From assembly GCA_963829525.1 (NCBI GenBank), contig CAWHIJ010000003.1, positions 2,656,001 to 2,720,000 on the forward strand: a DNA stretch of 64,000 nt, given 5' to 3'. Made by a program: the position numbers and the translations under genes. The stretch is from an uncultured Actinomycetota bacterium (GTDB taxonomy: Bacteria > Actinomycetota > Actinomycetes > JAHEKZ01). A model generated the notes under the pieces. The model had not been told where the DNA came from. It did not search any database and saw only the letters and a program-made list of their open reading frames with translations. Of this stretch, positions 53,487-62,702 are shown piece after piece. How positions within the stretch are numbered: the stretch's first letter is position 1; the number at the start of each line of letters is the position of its first letter.

Positions 53487-56120
53487 CTACTGACCGGCGA
53501 GCATCAGCGTGTCTTTGGCACTCTCGCGGGTGGCCTCGCCGGAGAACGGCCACGGGTACGTTTGTCCGTTGGTCCAGGCCCTGATCTGGTCGGTGTAGTG
53601 CGGATCGAAGACGTGACCGCTCTGACCGGTGAGCTGTACCCAGCGGGAGGCGTCGAGGTTTTCCAGGTCCACCACCATCCGCATTGAGGGGACCCAGTTG
53701 ACCTCGTAGCCCTGGGCCGGATTCCATCCCGTCGCGTTGACGATGCCTTCACCGCCGGCAGTGTCATACGGCCCACGGTTGAAGAGCGCCTCAAGCGGCG
53801 CGATCCCGCTGACGCCGAACGTGGCGTTGGTCAGCTCGAGCTGATGCAGATCACCCCAACGCCATGCGGCCTGGTCGGAGCCGAGCTCGTCGGTGAGCTC
53901 GGCGGTGGCTTCCTCCATTGCCGCCGTTATTACCTCGTCACGCAGCTCCAGCACATCGGGGGTTCGCACATCGTCCCACCAGACGGCCTGGCGGTCGTTG
54001 AGGATCACCTGGAGCACCTCGAACCACCGATCGCCTCCGTCTGGGCGAAGGTCCCCGGTCAGCTCATCGTGGAAGATCCCCGCCAGCAAGTGACGCCACA
54101 CTGCGTTGTAATAGGCCGCCGGAGCCGAGTCGGCGCTCTGCCGGAAGTCCCAGCCGATCAACATCTCACGTGCACGAACGGTGTCGGAGTCGAGAAGCGC
54201 CTCATCGACCTGCATGAGCTCCTCCACCAGAATCGGTGCGAACTGGTTCCGGGTGTCCGTCATCAGTTCGGCCGCTGACGTTGGCGTCAACGGGTCACTT
54301 TCCTTGATCAAGTCGACCAGTCGCTGGCTGCGATAGCCGTATCCCCAGTCACGAGTCAGCAGGTAGGGGTAGTCCTCACCTACGACCGCTTGGTTGGCAG
54401 CCACGATGTACTGCTCGGGAGGGTCGAAAACCCATGGCAGCTGCCCAAACGGAATGTAACGGACCCATCCGTAGAGGGAGCTCCAGCCAGGTGCGGGTGT
54501 CGCGCCATCACCTTCACCTCGGACGGGAATCTTGCCTGGCATCTGGTATCCGATGTGACCGTCGACGTCGGCATAGAGCAGGTTCTGGCTCGGCACCTCG
54601 AACCAGACCGCAGCCGTGCGAAACTCACCGAAATCGGAAGCCGCGTTGAGAGCGAGGATGGCGTCGGCAGTGCGTCCAGGTGTCAGGGCTGTCCACTTGA
54701 GCGCAAGCGCAACCTCGTTCGCGGTTCCCGGAAGGTCAGCAGGACTGAACGTGTCCTCCAGTATCGCCTGGTGGGGCTCGCTGACGTCCGACAGCAGGGG
54801 TCCCCACTCCGTGCTGCGCACGGTGATCTCGACGGGATCGCCCCCAGCGACGTTGATGGTCTCCGAACGGGTCTGCAGCGGGATGAGGCGTCCGTCACGC
54901 ACGTACCGATCACCGTTGAGCGCTTCGTAAGCGAGGTCGGCAACGTCAGAGCCGTTGTTGGTGAAGGCCCAGGCAATGTGGTCGTTGTGCCCGATGATCA
55001 CGCCGGGAACTCCGGAGAATGTGAAGCCACCCACCGAGTAGGGACACCCTGCGCCCACCGGGCGGCACTGCAGATTCATCTGGTACCAAATCCCCGGCAG
55101 GCTTGGCGCCAGGTGCGGGTCGTTTGCCAAGATCGCACCACCGGTGGCTGACCGGTCTCCAGTGACCGCAAAGGAGTTTGAACCGACACCGGGGCCGTAC
55201 TCGCCGAGCCACGCGTCGAGCCGCGCTGCGCCATTCGTCGCCCCCGAGAAGAGCTCTGGAAGAACCGGTGCGAGTGCCGCAGCTGCCGCACCCTGGGCCG
55301 GCCCACCCGCAGGCGACCCGCCGGTTGGCCGGAACTGCCCGTCCACAAGCGATCCGTCCGTGACGATCGGTTGGTGCTGGTCATAGGGGTACGGCGGGTA
55401 GAGCTCAGCGATTCGCGACCGTACGGTCGGCACCAGGAGTGCTCGATCGGTCTCTTCGACAAGGTTGGCGCGAAGGTCCCAAGCCATTGCCTTGAGCCAA
55501 GACACCGAGTCGGCCGGCGTCCAGGCCTCGATCTCGTAATCCGGAGCCGTCACCGCAAGCAGCGCGTACTCAACGCTGACTTGGGTGGCACTGCGATCAT
55601 CGAGGTAGGCGTTCACACCATCGGCGTATGCGGTCAAGGCATCGAGGGTCTCGACGCTCAACTCGCCGAGCTCGGCCTCGGCAACCCGACGCCAGCCCAA
55701 GGTGCGGACGAAGGTGTCGGTCTCGACTTGGGAATCACCGAACATCTCCGACAAACGCCCTGACGTGATGTGCCTTCGTACGTCCATCTCCCAGAAGCGA
55801 TCCTGCGCGTGGACGAACCCCTGAGCGTAGAAGAGGTCGTGCGTAGTGTCCGCCACGATGGTGGGGATTCCGCGCGCATCACGAAGAACATCGACGTCGG
55901 AGTCGAGCCCAGGAAGTGAGATGGTTCCATCGGTCTGGGGGAACGACCGCTGCACCAGCCACCCAGCGGTGGCCGTCGCGGTGATCATCGCTAACGCGGT
56001 GACGCCAGCGATGATCACCAGGATCGTTGGCCACCGTCGGCCCTTGACGAGCTGCGGCCGACGAAACCGGCGCCGCCCGTGCGACGGACGCCGGGTATCG
56101 AGGATCTCCGGCTCTGACAC
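53487..56120 (-). CDS. Penicillin acylase family Ntn hydrolase (membrane-anchored)
   Basis: HAQDRFWEMD; catalytic Ser at GSNSF; LANDPHL; GQSGH. Confidence 0.92.
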   Translation of the reverse strand: MSEPEILDTRRPSHGRRRFRRPQLVKGRRWPTILVIIAGVTALAMITATATAGWLVQRSFPQTDGTISLPGLDSDVDVLRDARGIPTIVADTTHDLFYAQGFVHAQDRFWEMDVRRHITSGRLSEMFGDSQVETDTFVRTLGWRRVAEAELGELSVETLDALTAYADGVNAYLDDRSATQVSVEYALLAVTAPDYEIEAWTPADSVSWLKAMAWDLRANLVEETDRALLVPTVRSRIAELYPPYPYDQHQPIVTDGSLVDGQFRPTGGSPAGGPAQGAAAAALAPVLPELFSGATNGAARLDAWLGEYGPGVGSNSFAVTGDRSATGGAILANDPHLAPSLPGIWYQMNLQCRPVGAGCPYSVGGFTFSGVPGVIIGHNDHIAWAFTNNGSDVADLAYEALNGDRYVRDGRLIPLQTRSETINVAGGDPVEITVRSTEWGPLLSDVSEPHQAILEDTFSPADLPGTANEVALALKWTALTPGRTADAILALNAASDFGEFRTAAVWFEVPSQNLLYADVDGHIGYQMPGKIPVRGEGDGATPAPGWSSLYGWVRYIPFGQLPWVFDPPEQYIVAANQAVVGEDYPYLLTRDWGYGYRSQRLVDLIKESDPLTPTSAAELMTDTRNQFAPILVEELMQVDEALLDSDTVRAREMLIGWDFRQSADSAPAAYYNAVWRHLLAGIFHDELTGDLRPDGGDRWFEVLQVILNDRQAVWWDDVRTPDVLELRDEVITAAMEEATAELTDELGSDQAAWRWGDLHQLELTNATFGVSGIAPLEALFNRGPYDTAGGEGIVNATGWNPAQGYEVNWVPSMRMVVDLENLDASRWVQLTGQSGHVFDPHYTDQIRAWTNGQTYPWPFSGEATRESAKDTLMLAGQ

Positions 56121-56162
56121 GTCTTCGACGCTACTCGACGTTTGGCGTCATCGATGAAACGT

Positions 56163-56525
56163 TCAAGAGCCAAGCCACCAGCCAAGGGCGGCCGCAGCGC
56201 AGCACAGAATCGGGGTTGCGACGACATTGGTGGCGGCCAAGCTTCGTGCGCCGTCCTCGGCGAGTCGGTTCGACTCCCACGCGAACGAGCTGAAGGTTGT
56301 GAGGGCACCACAGAATCCGACCCCCAACAGCGCCACTGCGGTGCTCTGGCTACTCCAGCCGGCAATCAGGAATCCGAGCAGCAATGAGCCCGCGATGTTG
56401 ACGGTGAAGGTGCCCCACGGAAAGACCGAGAGCCACCGACGTTGCACATACACGTCGACCCACCATCGGGTAGGAGCTCCGAGGGCAGCCCCACATGCGA
56501 CCAAGGCAACGCGGGCCATCGTCAT
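56163..56525 (-). CDS. crcB: Fluoride efflux channel Fluc/CrcB
   Basis: PWGTFTVN and GFCGALTTFSSF motifs. Confidence 0.92.
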   Translation of the reverse strand: MTMARVALVACGAALGAPTRWWVDVYVQRRWLSVFPWGTFTVNIAGSLLLGFLIAGWSSQSTAVALLGVGFCGALTTFSSFAWESNRLAEDGARSLAATNVVATPILCCAAAALGWWLGS

Positions 56526-56533
56526 TTCAAGGT

Positions 56534-56911
56534 CTAGCGACTCGTCGGGTGGTCGTCCCCGCCGAGCTGCTCGTCGTGCGTGCCCACGTACTGCATGACG
56601 GCAACGTCCTCGACCGTGACGATGCCGCCCTTGACGATCTCGGTGACCTTGGGGAGGAAGGCACGAATCTTGGCATCCTCATCGATGATGGTGATGACGA
56701 CGGGAAGATCGTTGGAGAGCGAGACGATTCGCGACGTGTGCACAATCGAGCGACGCCCGAAACTCTCGATGCCGCGCACCACGGTGGCACCGGCCAACCC
56801 GGACTCGCGCGCCAAGATGACGATCTCGGAGTAGACGGGTCGATGGGCGAATACCTCGTCCTCACCAACAATGACCGTCAGCCGCAGCGCATGGCCACTG
56901 AGCTCAGTCAT
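56534..56911 (-). CDS. DUF190 (PII-like) protein
   Basis: GLAGATVVRGIESFG and LSNDLPV motifs; lies between the two Fluc genes. Confidence 0.9.
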   Translation of the reverse strand: MTELSGHALRLTVIVGEDEVFAHRPVYSEIVILARESGLAGATVVRGIESFGRRSIVHTSRIVSLSNDLPVVITIIDEDAKIRAFLPKVTEIVKGGIVTVEDVAVMQYVGTHDEQLGGDDHPTSR

Positions 56912-57321
56912 CACAGACCTCCCCGATCGGGACGGAGCACCCAGCGGGTCACCTCGGCCGCGCCACGCACGAGGAGGAGTCCGGCGGCCACCGAGCCGAC
57001 CACGTACAGCGCAGCCACACCCGGCGCCCCCGCCTCCACCAGGCGTACCCCTTCGACGGCGAACGCTGAGAACGTAGTGAAGCCTCCCACGAAACCGACC
57101 GCCACCAGCGGACGAACCCACCACGCAGGAGGAGATCCTTCGGTCCAGAGAGTGAGGAGAGCCCCGATCGCCACGCAGCCGATGAGGTTCGCAGCCAACG
57201 TCGCCCAGGGGATGCCGGGTGGAGACCACGGGATGCCGAGAGAGATCGCCCACCTCGTCAACGCCCCTGCGGCACCACCAAGACCCACGACGGCTGCCAT
57301 GCGGAGGTCGGTCCAGGTCAC
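56911..57321 (-). CDS. crcB: Fluoride efflux channel Fluc/CrcB
   Basis: PWATLAAN and GFVGGFTTFSAF motifs; GTG 6 nt after TACCGT. Confidence 0.9.
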   Translation of the reverse strand: MTWTDLRMAAVVGLGGAAGALTRWAISLGIPWSPPGIPWATLAANLIGCVAIGALLTLWTEGSPPAWWVRPLVAVGFVGGFTTFSAFAVEGVRLVEAGAPGVAALYVVGSVAAGLLLVRGAAEVTRWVLRPDRGGL

Positions 57322-57389
57322 GGGCACACGGTAGAGGTGTTCCAACGCCACCTGTCGCATGGCGAAGCCGAAGGACTGATGGCGTAGGC

Positions 57390-57416
57390 TTAGCACTCGT
57401 TCAAGGTGAGTGCCAG
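57390..57416 (+). promoter_or_regulatory. CIRCE element (HrcA operator)
   Basis: TTAGCACTC-N9-GAGTGCCAG vs consensus TTAGCACTC-N9-GAGTGCTAA; overlaps the -10 box TAGGCT. Confidence 0.85.
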
Positions 57417-57486
57417 GTGGCCGATCCACAAACGCTGTTGACCGACCTTCCCAGCACTCGACGCGGGGCGTCCCGAAGGAGTCTGC

Positions 57487-57882
57487 GTGCCCACCTATGC
57501 CTACGTCTGCACTGCGTGCGACCACAGCTTTGAGGCTGTGCAGGCCATCACCGATGACGCGTTGAGTGTGTGCCCCTCCTGCGGAGGAGCGCTGCGGAAA
57601 AAGTTCCATGCCGTTGGTGTGACCTTCAAGGGGTCTGGCTTCTATCGCACCGACAGCCGCAGTGGTTCGACCAAGGGCACCGGTGGCGGCAGTGGATCCA
57701 AGGACTCCGGCTCCGGTAGCGGGTCGAAGGATTCCAGCAGTGGAACCAAGGAGTCCGAAGGCAGCGGGTCAGCGACCACCAAGAGCGGCTCCGACTCGTC
57801 AGGCTCAGGCGGCTCCTCCAGTTCGTCGAGCTCGTCTGGGTCCTCCGGGTCTTCGAGCTCGTCAGGCTCCTCGACCGACTAA
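57487..57882 (+). CDS. FmdB family zinc-ribbon protein (Rv0991c-like)
   Basis: MPTYAYVCTAC...CPSCGG and FKGSGFYRTD motifs; Ser/Gly-rich tail. Confidence 0.93.
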   Translation: MPTYAYVCTACDHSFEAVQAITDDALSVCPSCGGALRKKFHAVGVTFKGSGFYRTDSRSGSTKGTGGGSGSKDSGSGSGSKDSSSGTKESEGSGSATTKSGSDSSGSGGSSSSSSSSGSSGSSSSSGSSTD

Positions 57883-57935
57883 CCCTCGCCTGTGGATTGT
57901 CGGCGGCTGCGGTCAGTCCGACGTAGCCTCCCGGC

Positions 57936-58415
57936 ATGACCGCACGGACCCAAGCCGCCTTGACGAAGTCTGACGCCTGGTCCGGCATCCGCCGCCAGCT
58001 CGCTCTGCATCGGCGCATGGTGTCGGCGGCTCTGGCCTTTGTTGCCGTGCTCGTGGGGCTCACGGCCCTGGCTCAATCGCCGGAGCAGCAGGGGCCCTCT
58101 CTCGGATCGGGCACCACACCACCTACGGACGCACTTCTTGCCGGTCACCTTGCCGTTCCCGTTCGCCTGTCCGACCCTGCCGTGACCAAGATGCTCGCTC
58201 CCGGTGACGTCGTCGACGTCATCGTCGCCGACCAAGCAGGGGCCGCACGCTTGGTGGCTGCAGATCTGACCGTGACGGCCGTTCCGAACGCCGATGGTGG
58301 CGGACCATGGACTGACAGCGACGGTCTCGTGATGGTCGCTGCTACCGAGGATGAAGCCCTTGCCTTGGCCGGCGCCACAGCCCGCGGACCGGTCACGGTG
58401 GCGCTGCACCCGTAG
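57936..58415 (+). CDS. RcpC/CpaB-like domain protein (Rv0990c-like by synteny)
   Basis: N-terminal TM; AVPVRLSD...LAPGDVVDVI motif. Confidence 0.7.
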   Translation: MTARTQAALTKSDAWSGIRRQLALHRRMVSAALAFVAVLVGLTALAQSPEQQGPSLGSGTTPPTDALLAGHLAVPVRLSDPAVTKMLAPGDVVDVIVADQAGAARLVAADLTVTAVPNADGGGPWTDSDGLVMVAATEDEALALAGATARGPVTVALHP

Positions 58416-58465
58416 TCGACCTTCGCTAGGGTTCAGCAGTTGGAAACCGGCTATGAGGAGGACCC

Positions 58466-58849
58466 ATGAAGGGCTTCAAGGAATTTGTCATGCGAGGCAG
58501 TGTCATTGATCTTGCCGTCGCCTTCGTGATCGGCCTCGCAATCGTCGCCCTCATCCAATCGATTGTCGACGGGATCATCACTCCACTCATCGCCGCACTG
58601 TTCGGCGAGCCCAACCTCGACTCCGTCGGGACCTTCGAGATCAACGGTGCCGAGTTCAGCATCGGGATCGTTCTGACGGCCCTCGTCAACTTCTTGCTTA
58701 TCGCTGCGGCTGTGTACTTTCTCATCGTGCTGCCGATGAACAAACTGCGCGAGCGAAAGGGGAAAGAAGAAGAGGCCGCCCCCACCGAGACCGACTTGCT
58801 CACCCAGATCCGTGATGCGCTGCTTGGTCGACCCGACGGCTCCGGCTAA
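58466..58849 (+). CDS. mscL: Large-conductance mechanosensitive channel
   Basis: MKGFKEFVMRGSVIDLAVA and LLTQIRDAL motifs; SD GAGGAGG. Confidence 0.96.
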   Translation: MKGFKEFVMRGSVIDLAVAFVIGLAIVALIQSIVDGIITPLIAALFGEPNLDSVGTFEINGAEFSIGIVLTALVNFLLIAAAVYFLIVLPMNKLRERKGKEEEAAPTETDLLTQIRDALLGRPDGSG

Positions 58850-58975
58850 CTAGTCGCCGTGGTGCGGGGGGACGTCCTCCCGCAGCCGGTCGTCGTTGTC
58901 GTTCGGCTCATTGTCGGTGTCGTCCTCGGTCTGCTCCGGAAGCAGCGGGGCATCGCGCCAGTCGTTGTTGCTCAC
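58850..58975 (-). CDS. Small acidic protein (41 aa) ending VPPHHGD; not in the ORF track
   Basis: GTG 6 nt after TACGCT; GC3-rich codons; MSNNDWRDAPLLPEQTEDDTDNEPNDNDDRLREDVPPHHGD. Confidence 0.7.
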   Translation of the reverse strand: MSNNDWRDAPLLPEQTEDDTDNEPNDNDDRLREDVPPHHGD

Positions 58976-59026
58976 GAGGCCAGCGTAAAGCAGTCGCTCA
59001 CGGCCGAGTACGCAGTCACCGTCCAG

Positions 59027-59815
59027 CTAGCTCCATCGAAACGCCAAGTAGGCCGACCCGAGTCGCTGCACATCATCGCGGCTGAGCGGCTGCTCATGTC
59101 CGGCGTAAGCCACAGTGACATCCAGCGCAAGCAAGCGGCTCATCGAGGCGACGTAGTCGCCGATGTTCGACTCCGGCAACTCGTCGAGCAGCTCGCCGTC
59201 GTAGAGGACGTCACCGGTGAAGAGCACCCCGGAGTCACGATCGATGAGACCGGCAGACCCAGGAGTGTGGCCAGGAAGGTGAACGACCTCGAACGCGCGG
59301 TCGCCGAGATCGATGACATCACCGTCAGCCAATGGGTCGGTGACAGGTGCGGGCGCGATCGTGTAGCCGCTGACGTCGTACCCCGCATGCGGAACTGCAT
59401 CGACCAGGAATGGGGGCGCGACGCCGCCTGGTGCCTCGGCGGCCAGTGCAGCGGCAAACGACGGTGGAAGGTCGGCAGTGACGAGGGTGGCCTCCTCCGG
59501 CTCGGACAACATCACCGCTTCACTCGCGTGTGAAGCGCGCCGCTCGAACTCGTGGGCCCCACCCGTGTGGTCGTAGTGGCCATGTGTGAAGAACGCCAAC
59601 ACATCACCCTCAAAGAGGTCTGGGTAGGCCGACCGCAACGACGAGATACCCATACCTGTGTCGACGACGAGGTCTCGGTCGCGCCCCTTGACGTGCCAGA
59701 TGTTGGAACGGAGGAACCCGTTCACGCTGGGTTCGAGCACCCAAGTGATCCCCGGCGCCACATCCCGCCGCTCGAACCAGGGGTCGCGAACAGGCATTTC
59801 CACAGGCTTTCCCAT
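59027..59815 (-). CDS. MBL-fold metallo-hydrolase
   Basis: THGHYDHTGG, PGHTPG, FTGD and AGH motifs. Confidence 0.9.
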   Translation of the reverse strand: MGKPVEMPVRDPWFERRDVAPGITWVLEPSVNGFLRSNIWHVKGRDRDLVVDTGMGISSLRSAYPDLFEGDVLAFFTHGHYDHTGGAHEFERRASHASEAVMLSEPEEATLVTADLPPSFAAALAAEAPGGVAPPFLVDAVPHAGYDVSGYTIAPAPVTDPLADGDVIDLGDRAFEVVHLPGHTPGSAGLIDRDSGVLFTGDVLYDGELLDELPESNIGDYVASMSRLLALDVTVAYAGHEQPLSRDDVQRLGSAYLAFRWS

Positions 59816-59944
59816 GAGCGCCACCCTTCCACATCCGTGACATTGCTCACGCGTGGCGAGCATGCCGAACCGGCTTCAGCGTCGTAGCGTAAGGATGACC
59901 GCGTTTGACGATTGACCGTAATCGGTAACAGATCGAGGAGCCCC

Positions 59945-60223
59945 ATGAACCGCACTGAGCTCGTCCAGGCCGTTTCCGAGCGAGCCGAAGTGACCAAGGC
60001 GGACGCCGACCGCGTCCTCGCCGCCATGGCAGAGGTCGTGGGTGAGACGATCGCCAAGGACGAGAAGGTCAGCATCCCCGGCTTCCTGACCTTCGAGCGT
60101 GCCTTCCGCGCTGCCCGCACCGCCCGTAATCCGCAGACCGGCGCTGAGATTCAGGTCGCTGCCAAGCACACCGCCAAGGTGAGCGCCGGCGCGACTCTGA
60201 AGAACGCCGCAGCAGGCAAGTAG
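59945..60223 (+). CDS. HU family DNA-binding protein
   Basis: MNRTELV, IPGFLTFE and ARNPQTG motifs; SD GAGGAG. Confidence 0.95.
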   Translation: MNRTELVQAVSERAEVTKADADRVLAAMAEVVGETIAKDEKVSIPGFLTFERAFRAARTARNPQTGAEIQVAAKHTAKVSAGATLKNAAAGK

Positions 60224-60235
60224 CAACGTTCATAG

Positions 60236-60263
60236 GGACGGTGACCGCACGGTCACCGTCCTT
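60236..60263. terminator. Hairpin terminator between convergent HU and VOC genes
   Basis: Perfect 11-bp stem GGACGGTGACC-GCAC-GGTCACCGTCC followed by TT. Confidence 0.75.
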
Positions 60264-60285
60264 ATGCATGCCCGTACGGGGCGGC

Positions 60286-60756
60286 TCAACCCTTCACAGC
60301 AGCCTCAAGGGCTGCGACGTCAATCTTGACCATCGGCATCATCGCCTGCCAGGCTCGCTGGGCAGCTTCAGCGTCGCCTCCGCCGGAGAGCAGCTGCTGC
60401 AAGTTGGACGGGACGATCTGCCAGGTGATTCCGAACCGGTCGACGACCCAACCGCACTGCTGCTCGGTACCGCCGTCGGACAGCGCCGCCCAGAGCCGGT
60501 CGATCTCAGCCTGGCCGTCGCACGGCACCATGAACGAAGTGGCAGAGCTGTGCTGGTACTGCGGCCCGCCGTTCAGCGCGTTGAAGTCCTGCCCGAAGAT
60601 CCGGAAGCTCGCGGTCATTACCTGTCCCGCGGGAAGGGGCGTTCCCTCGGGTGTGCGTTCGATTCCGGTGACCTCGCCACCAAAGAGCTCCGCGTAGAAG
60701 TTCGCGGCGTCCTCAGCCTGGCCGTCGAACCAGAACCAAATGCTCATTCCCTGCAT
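60286..60756 (-). CDS. VOC family protein (PhnB / 3-demethylubiquinone-9 methyltransferase-like)
   Basis: FDGQAEDAANFY, ALNGGP and QCGWVVDRFGITWQIVP motifs. Confidence 0.9.
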   Translation of the reverse strand: MQGMSIWFWFDGQAEDAANFYAELFGGEVTGIERTPEGTPLPAGQVMTASFRIFGQDFNALNGGPQYQHSSATSFMVPCDGQAEIDRLWAALSDGGTEQQCGWVVDRFGITWQIVPSNLQQLLSGGGDAEAAQRAWQAMMPMVKIDVAALEAAVKG

Positions 60757-60767
60757 CGAAGCGCACC

Positions 60768-61391
60768 TCAGTTTCCGTGGGGTGCCGTCGACCGTAGCGC
60801 ACCCCTCGGGAGCGCCAGCTCGTCCTCGGCGTACCCGCGGGCCCACGCGTTGGCATCGTCCCGGGCTACGAGGTCAGCGTGGGCAACGGCCTGCAGGGCG
60901 AGCCCGTCGAGCAGCGAGATGATCCGCCAACCGACGGCGTCGGGATCATCACAGGTCATCGCGCCAGCGCGTACACCGTCGCGAAGCAGTTCAGCAACCA
61001 ACGCCTGCCACGCTTCGTTGAGACGGCGTGATGTCTGCTGCAGCGCCGGACGCCGCGCGGCCTCGGCCCAGGCGTCGAGCCAGAGCTGCATCCCCCAGTC
61101 CTCATCTGCCCGGTTGTAGAAGGCGAAGAACAGGGCCAAGCGATCCACCGGATCTGTGGCAGCGTCAATTGCCCCCACCGTCCTTGCGAGGTCCTCGGAG
61201 GCAACCCGGTCGAAAGCCTCGGCTAACAGGTCATCCATCGACGCGAAGTAATGGTGGATCAGGCCACTTGACGTTCCCATCTCGGCGGCGACGTCTCGAG
61301 CTGTGGTCGCCGCGATCCCTTGGCGAACCATCACCACGACCGTCGCGTCGACGATCGCCGTACGCCGCTCGTCGGGGGTCATCCGGGCCAC
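60768..61391 (-). CDS. TetR family regulator (BetI-type C-terminus)
   Basis: HTH TARDVAAEMGTSSGLIHHYF; LLDGL; GTG 6 nt after TACGGT. Confidence 0.9.
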   Translation of the reverse strand: MARMTPDERRTAIVDATVVVMVRQGIAATTARDVAAEMGTSSGLIHHYFASMDDLLAEAFDRVASEDLARTVGAIDAATDPVDRLALFFAFYNRADEDWGMQLWLDAWAEAARRPALQQTSRRLNEAWQALVAELLRDGVRAGAMTCDDPDAVGWRIISLLDGLALQAVAHADLVARDDANAWARGYAEDELALPRGALRSTAPHGN

Positions 61392-61411
61392 CACGTCACC
61401 GTAGAGACCTA

Positions 61412-61427
61412 TTGCACAGTTGTCCAA
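61412..61427. promoter_or_regulatory. Candidate TetR operator
   Basis: Imperfect palindrome TTGCACAGTTGTCCAA (12/16 symmetric) between divergent genes. Confidence 0.55.
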
Positions 61428-61496
61428 CAGTCCCTAGGGTGGCCAGATCGTCGGTAGCACGATCCGATACGCAGCGCCGCAGTGGAGGAGCTCCCC

Positions 61497-62702
61497 ATGG
61501 TCAAGACCACGCCCTTTCACCCACGCCTTGCCGAGCTCAACACGACTCAGTTGTGGGCACACTGGGCCGGCCATCTCTCCGCCACCCAGTACGACATCGC
61601 AGGCAAGCACGAGTACTTCGGTGTACGCAACGCGGTCGGCTTTTTCGACGCCTCTCCCCTTTTCAAGTACGAGATCACCGGCCGCGACGCCGAGGCGTTC
61701 CTCGCCGGGGTTCTGGCCCGCGACATCCGTACCTGCCGCCCCGGTCGCGCGCAGTACACGATCTGGTGCGACGACGCCGGATACGTCCTCGAGGACGGCG
61801 TCATCTTCCGACACTCGGCGAACGAGTTCTTACTGACCGCTGCAGAGCCAAATCTCTCCTTCCTGCAGAACCAGGTCGGGTCGATGGAGGTCTCCATCGA
61901 GGACGTGTCCGCTCAGTACGCGATGCTTGCCGTCCAGGGTCCTCGGTCGCGAGCAGCGATCGCTGATCTCGCACCTGAGGTGAACGAGCTGGGCTACTTC
62001 GGTCACACCCAGACCAAGATCGCCGGAAGTGAAGTGACTGTCAGCCGCACCGGGTTCACCGGCGACTTGGGTTTCGAGCTTCGCATCCCGGCCAACAACG
62101 CCTTACCAGTGCTCGACGCTGTCATGGAGGCGGGCGAGCCACATCGCATGCGTCCCTTCGGTGAACAGGCGCTCAACCTCCTGCGCATCGAAGCGGGCCT
62201 TCCGCTGATCGGAGTTGAGTTCACGTCCAGCCGCTACTCGTACAACGAGCACGAACGATTCACCCCTGATGAACTCGGTCTCGGTTGGCTGCTCAAGGGA
62301 ATCGAGGACGACACACGGCCGTACATCGGCAGACGGGCCATCATGAACGAGCGCGCCACCGGCTCGTCGCGCTGGACGACCATCGGCCTCGCTGTCGACG
62401 GACACGCCTTCGAGGCGCTCTTCTACGACGCAGGCTTGATACCGCCCAAGGACGAGCCGCCGGCGTCGTGGGAGACGATGCTCTACGACGAGCAAGGTGA
62501 ACGAGCCGGCTACGCCACCAGCTACGCCTACTCACCGATGATGCAGACGCAGATCGGTATTGCCCGCGTCCGTCCCGAGCTCGCTGCCATGGGCACCACC
62601 GTCCACGTCGAGCAGACCGTCAACCACGTGTACACCACCGTCCCAGCAACGGTGACTCCAATGCCCTTCTTCAATCCCGAGCGAAAGACGTCGATGCCAT
62701 GA
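61497..62702 (+). CDS. GcvT-like folate-binding aminomethyltransferase/demethylase
   Basis: TPFHPR, FDASPL, VQGPRS, SRTGFTGDLGFE and LRIEAG motifs. Confidence 0.9.
   Translation: MVKTTPFHPRLAELNTTQLWAHWAGHLSATQYDIAGKHEYFGVRNAVGFFDASPLFKYEITGRDAEAFLAGVLARDIRTCRPGRAQYTIWCDDAGYVLEDGVIFRHSANEFLLTAAEPNLSFLQNQVGSMEVSIEDVSAQYAMLAVQGPRSRAAIADLAPEVNELGYFGHTQTKIAGSEVTVSRTGFTGDLGFELRIPANNALPVLDAVMEAGEPHRMRPFGEQALNLLRIEAGLPLIGVEFTSSRYSYNEHERFTPDELGLGWLLKGIEDDTRPYIGRRAIMNERATGSSRWTTIGLAVDGHAFEALFYDAGLIPPKDEPPASWETMLYDEQGERAGYATSYAYSPMMQTQIGIARVRPELAAMGTTVHVEQTVNHVYTTVPATVTPMPFFNPERKTSMP

Noticed and set aside
57322-57389. Fluoride riboswitch upstream of Fluc
   Set aside because: No match to the GGnGATGnnnTYCnCC...TGATGnCnnCTAC consensus on the minus strand; the gene appears leaderless.
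57451-57459. Second CIRCE (CCAGCACTC)
   Set aside because: Only a left half-site; no GAGTGC arm at 9-nt spacing.
57661-57879. Repetitive DNA in the FmdB 3' half (GSGSKDS twice, poly-Ser/Gly)
   Set aside because: Protein-level low complexity with varied codons, typical of this family's disordered tail; not a CRISPR or DNA repeat.
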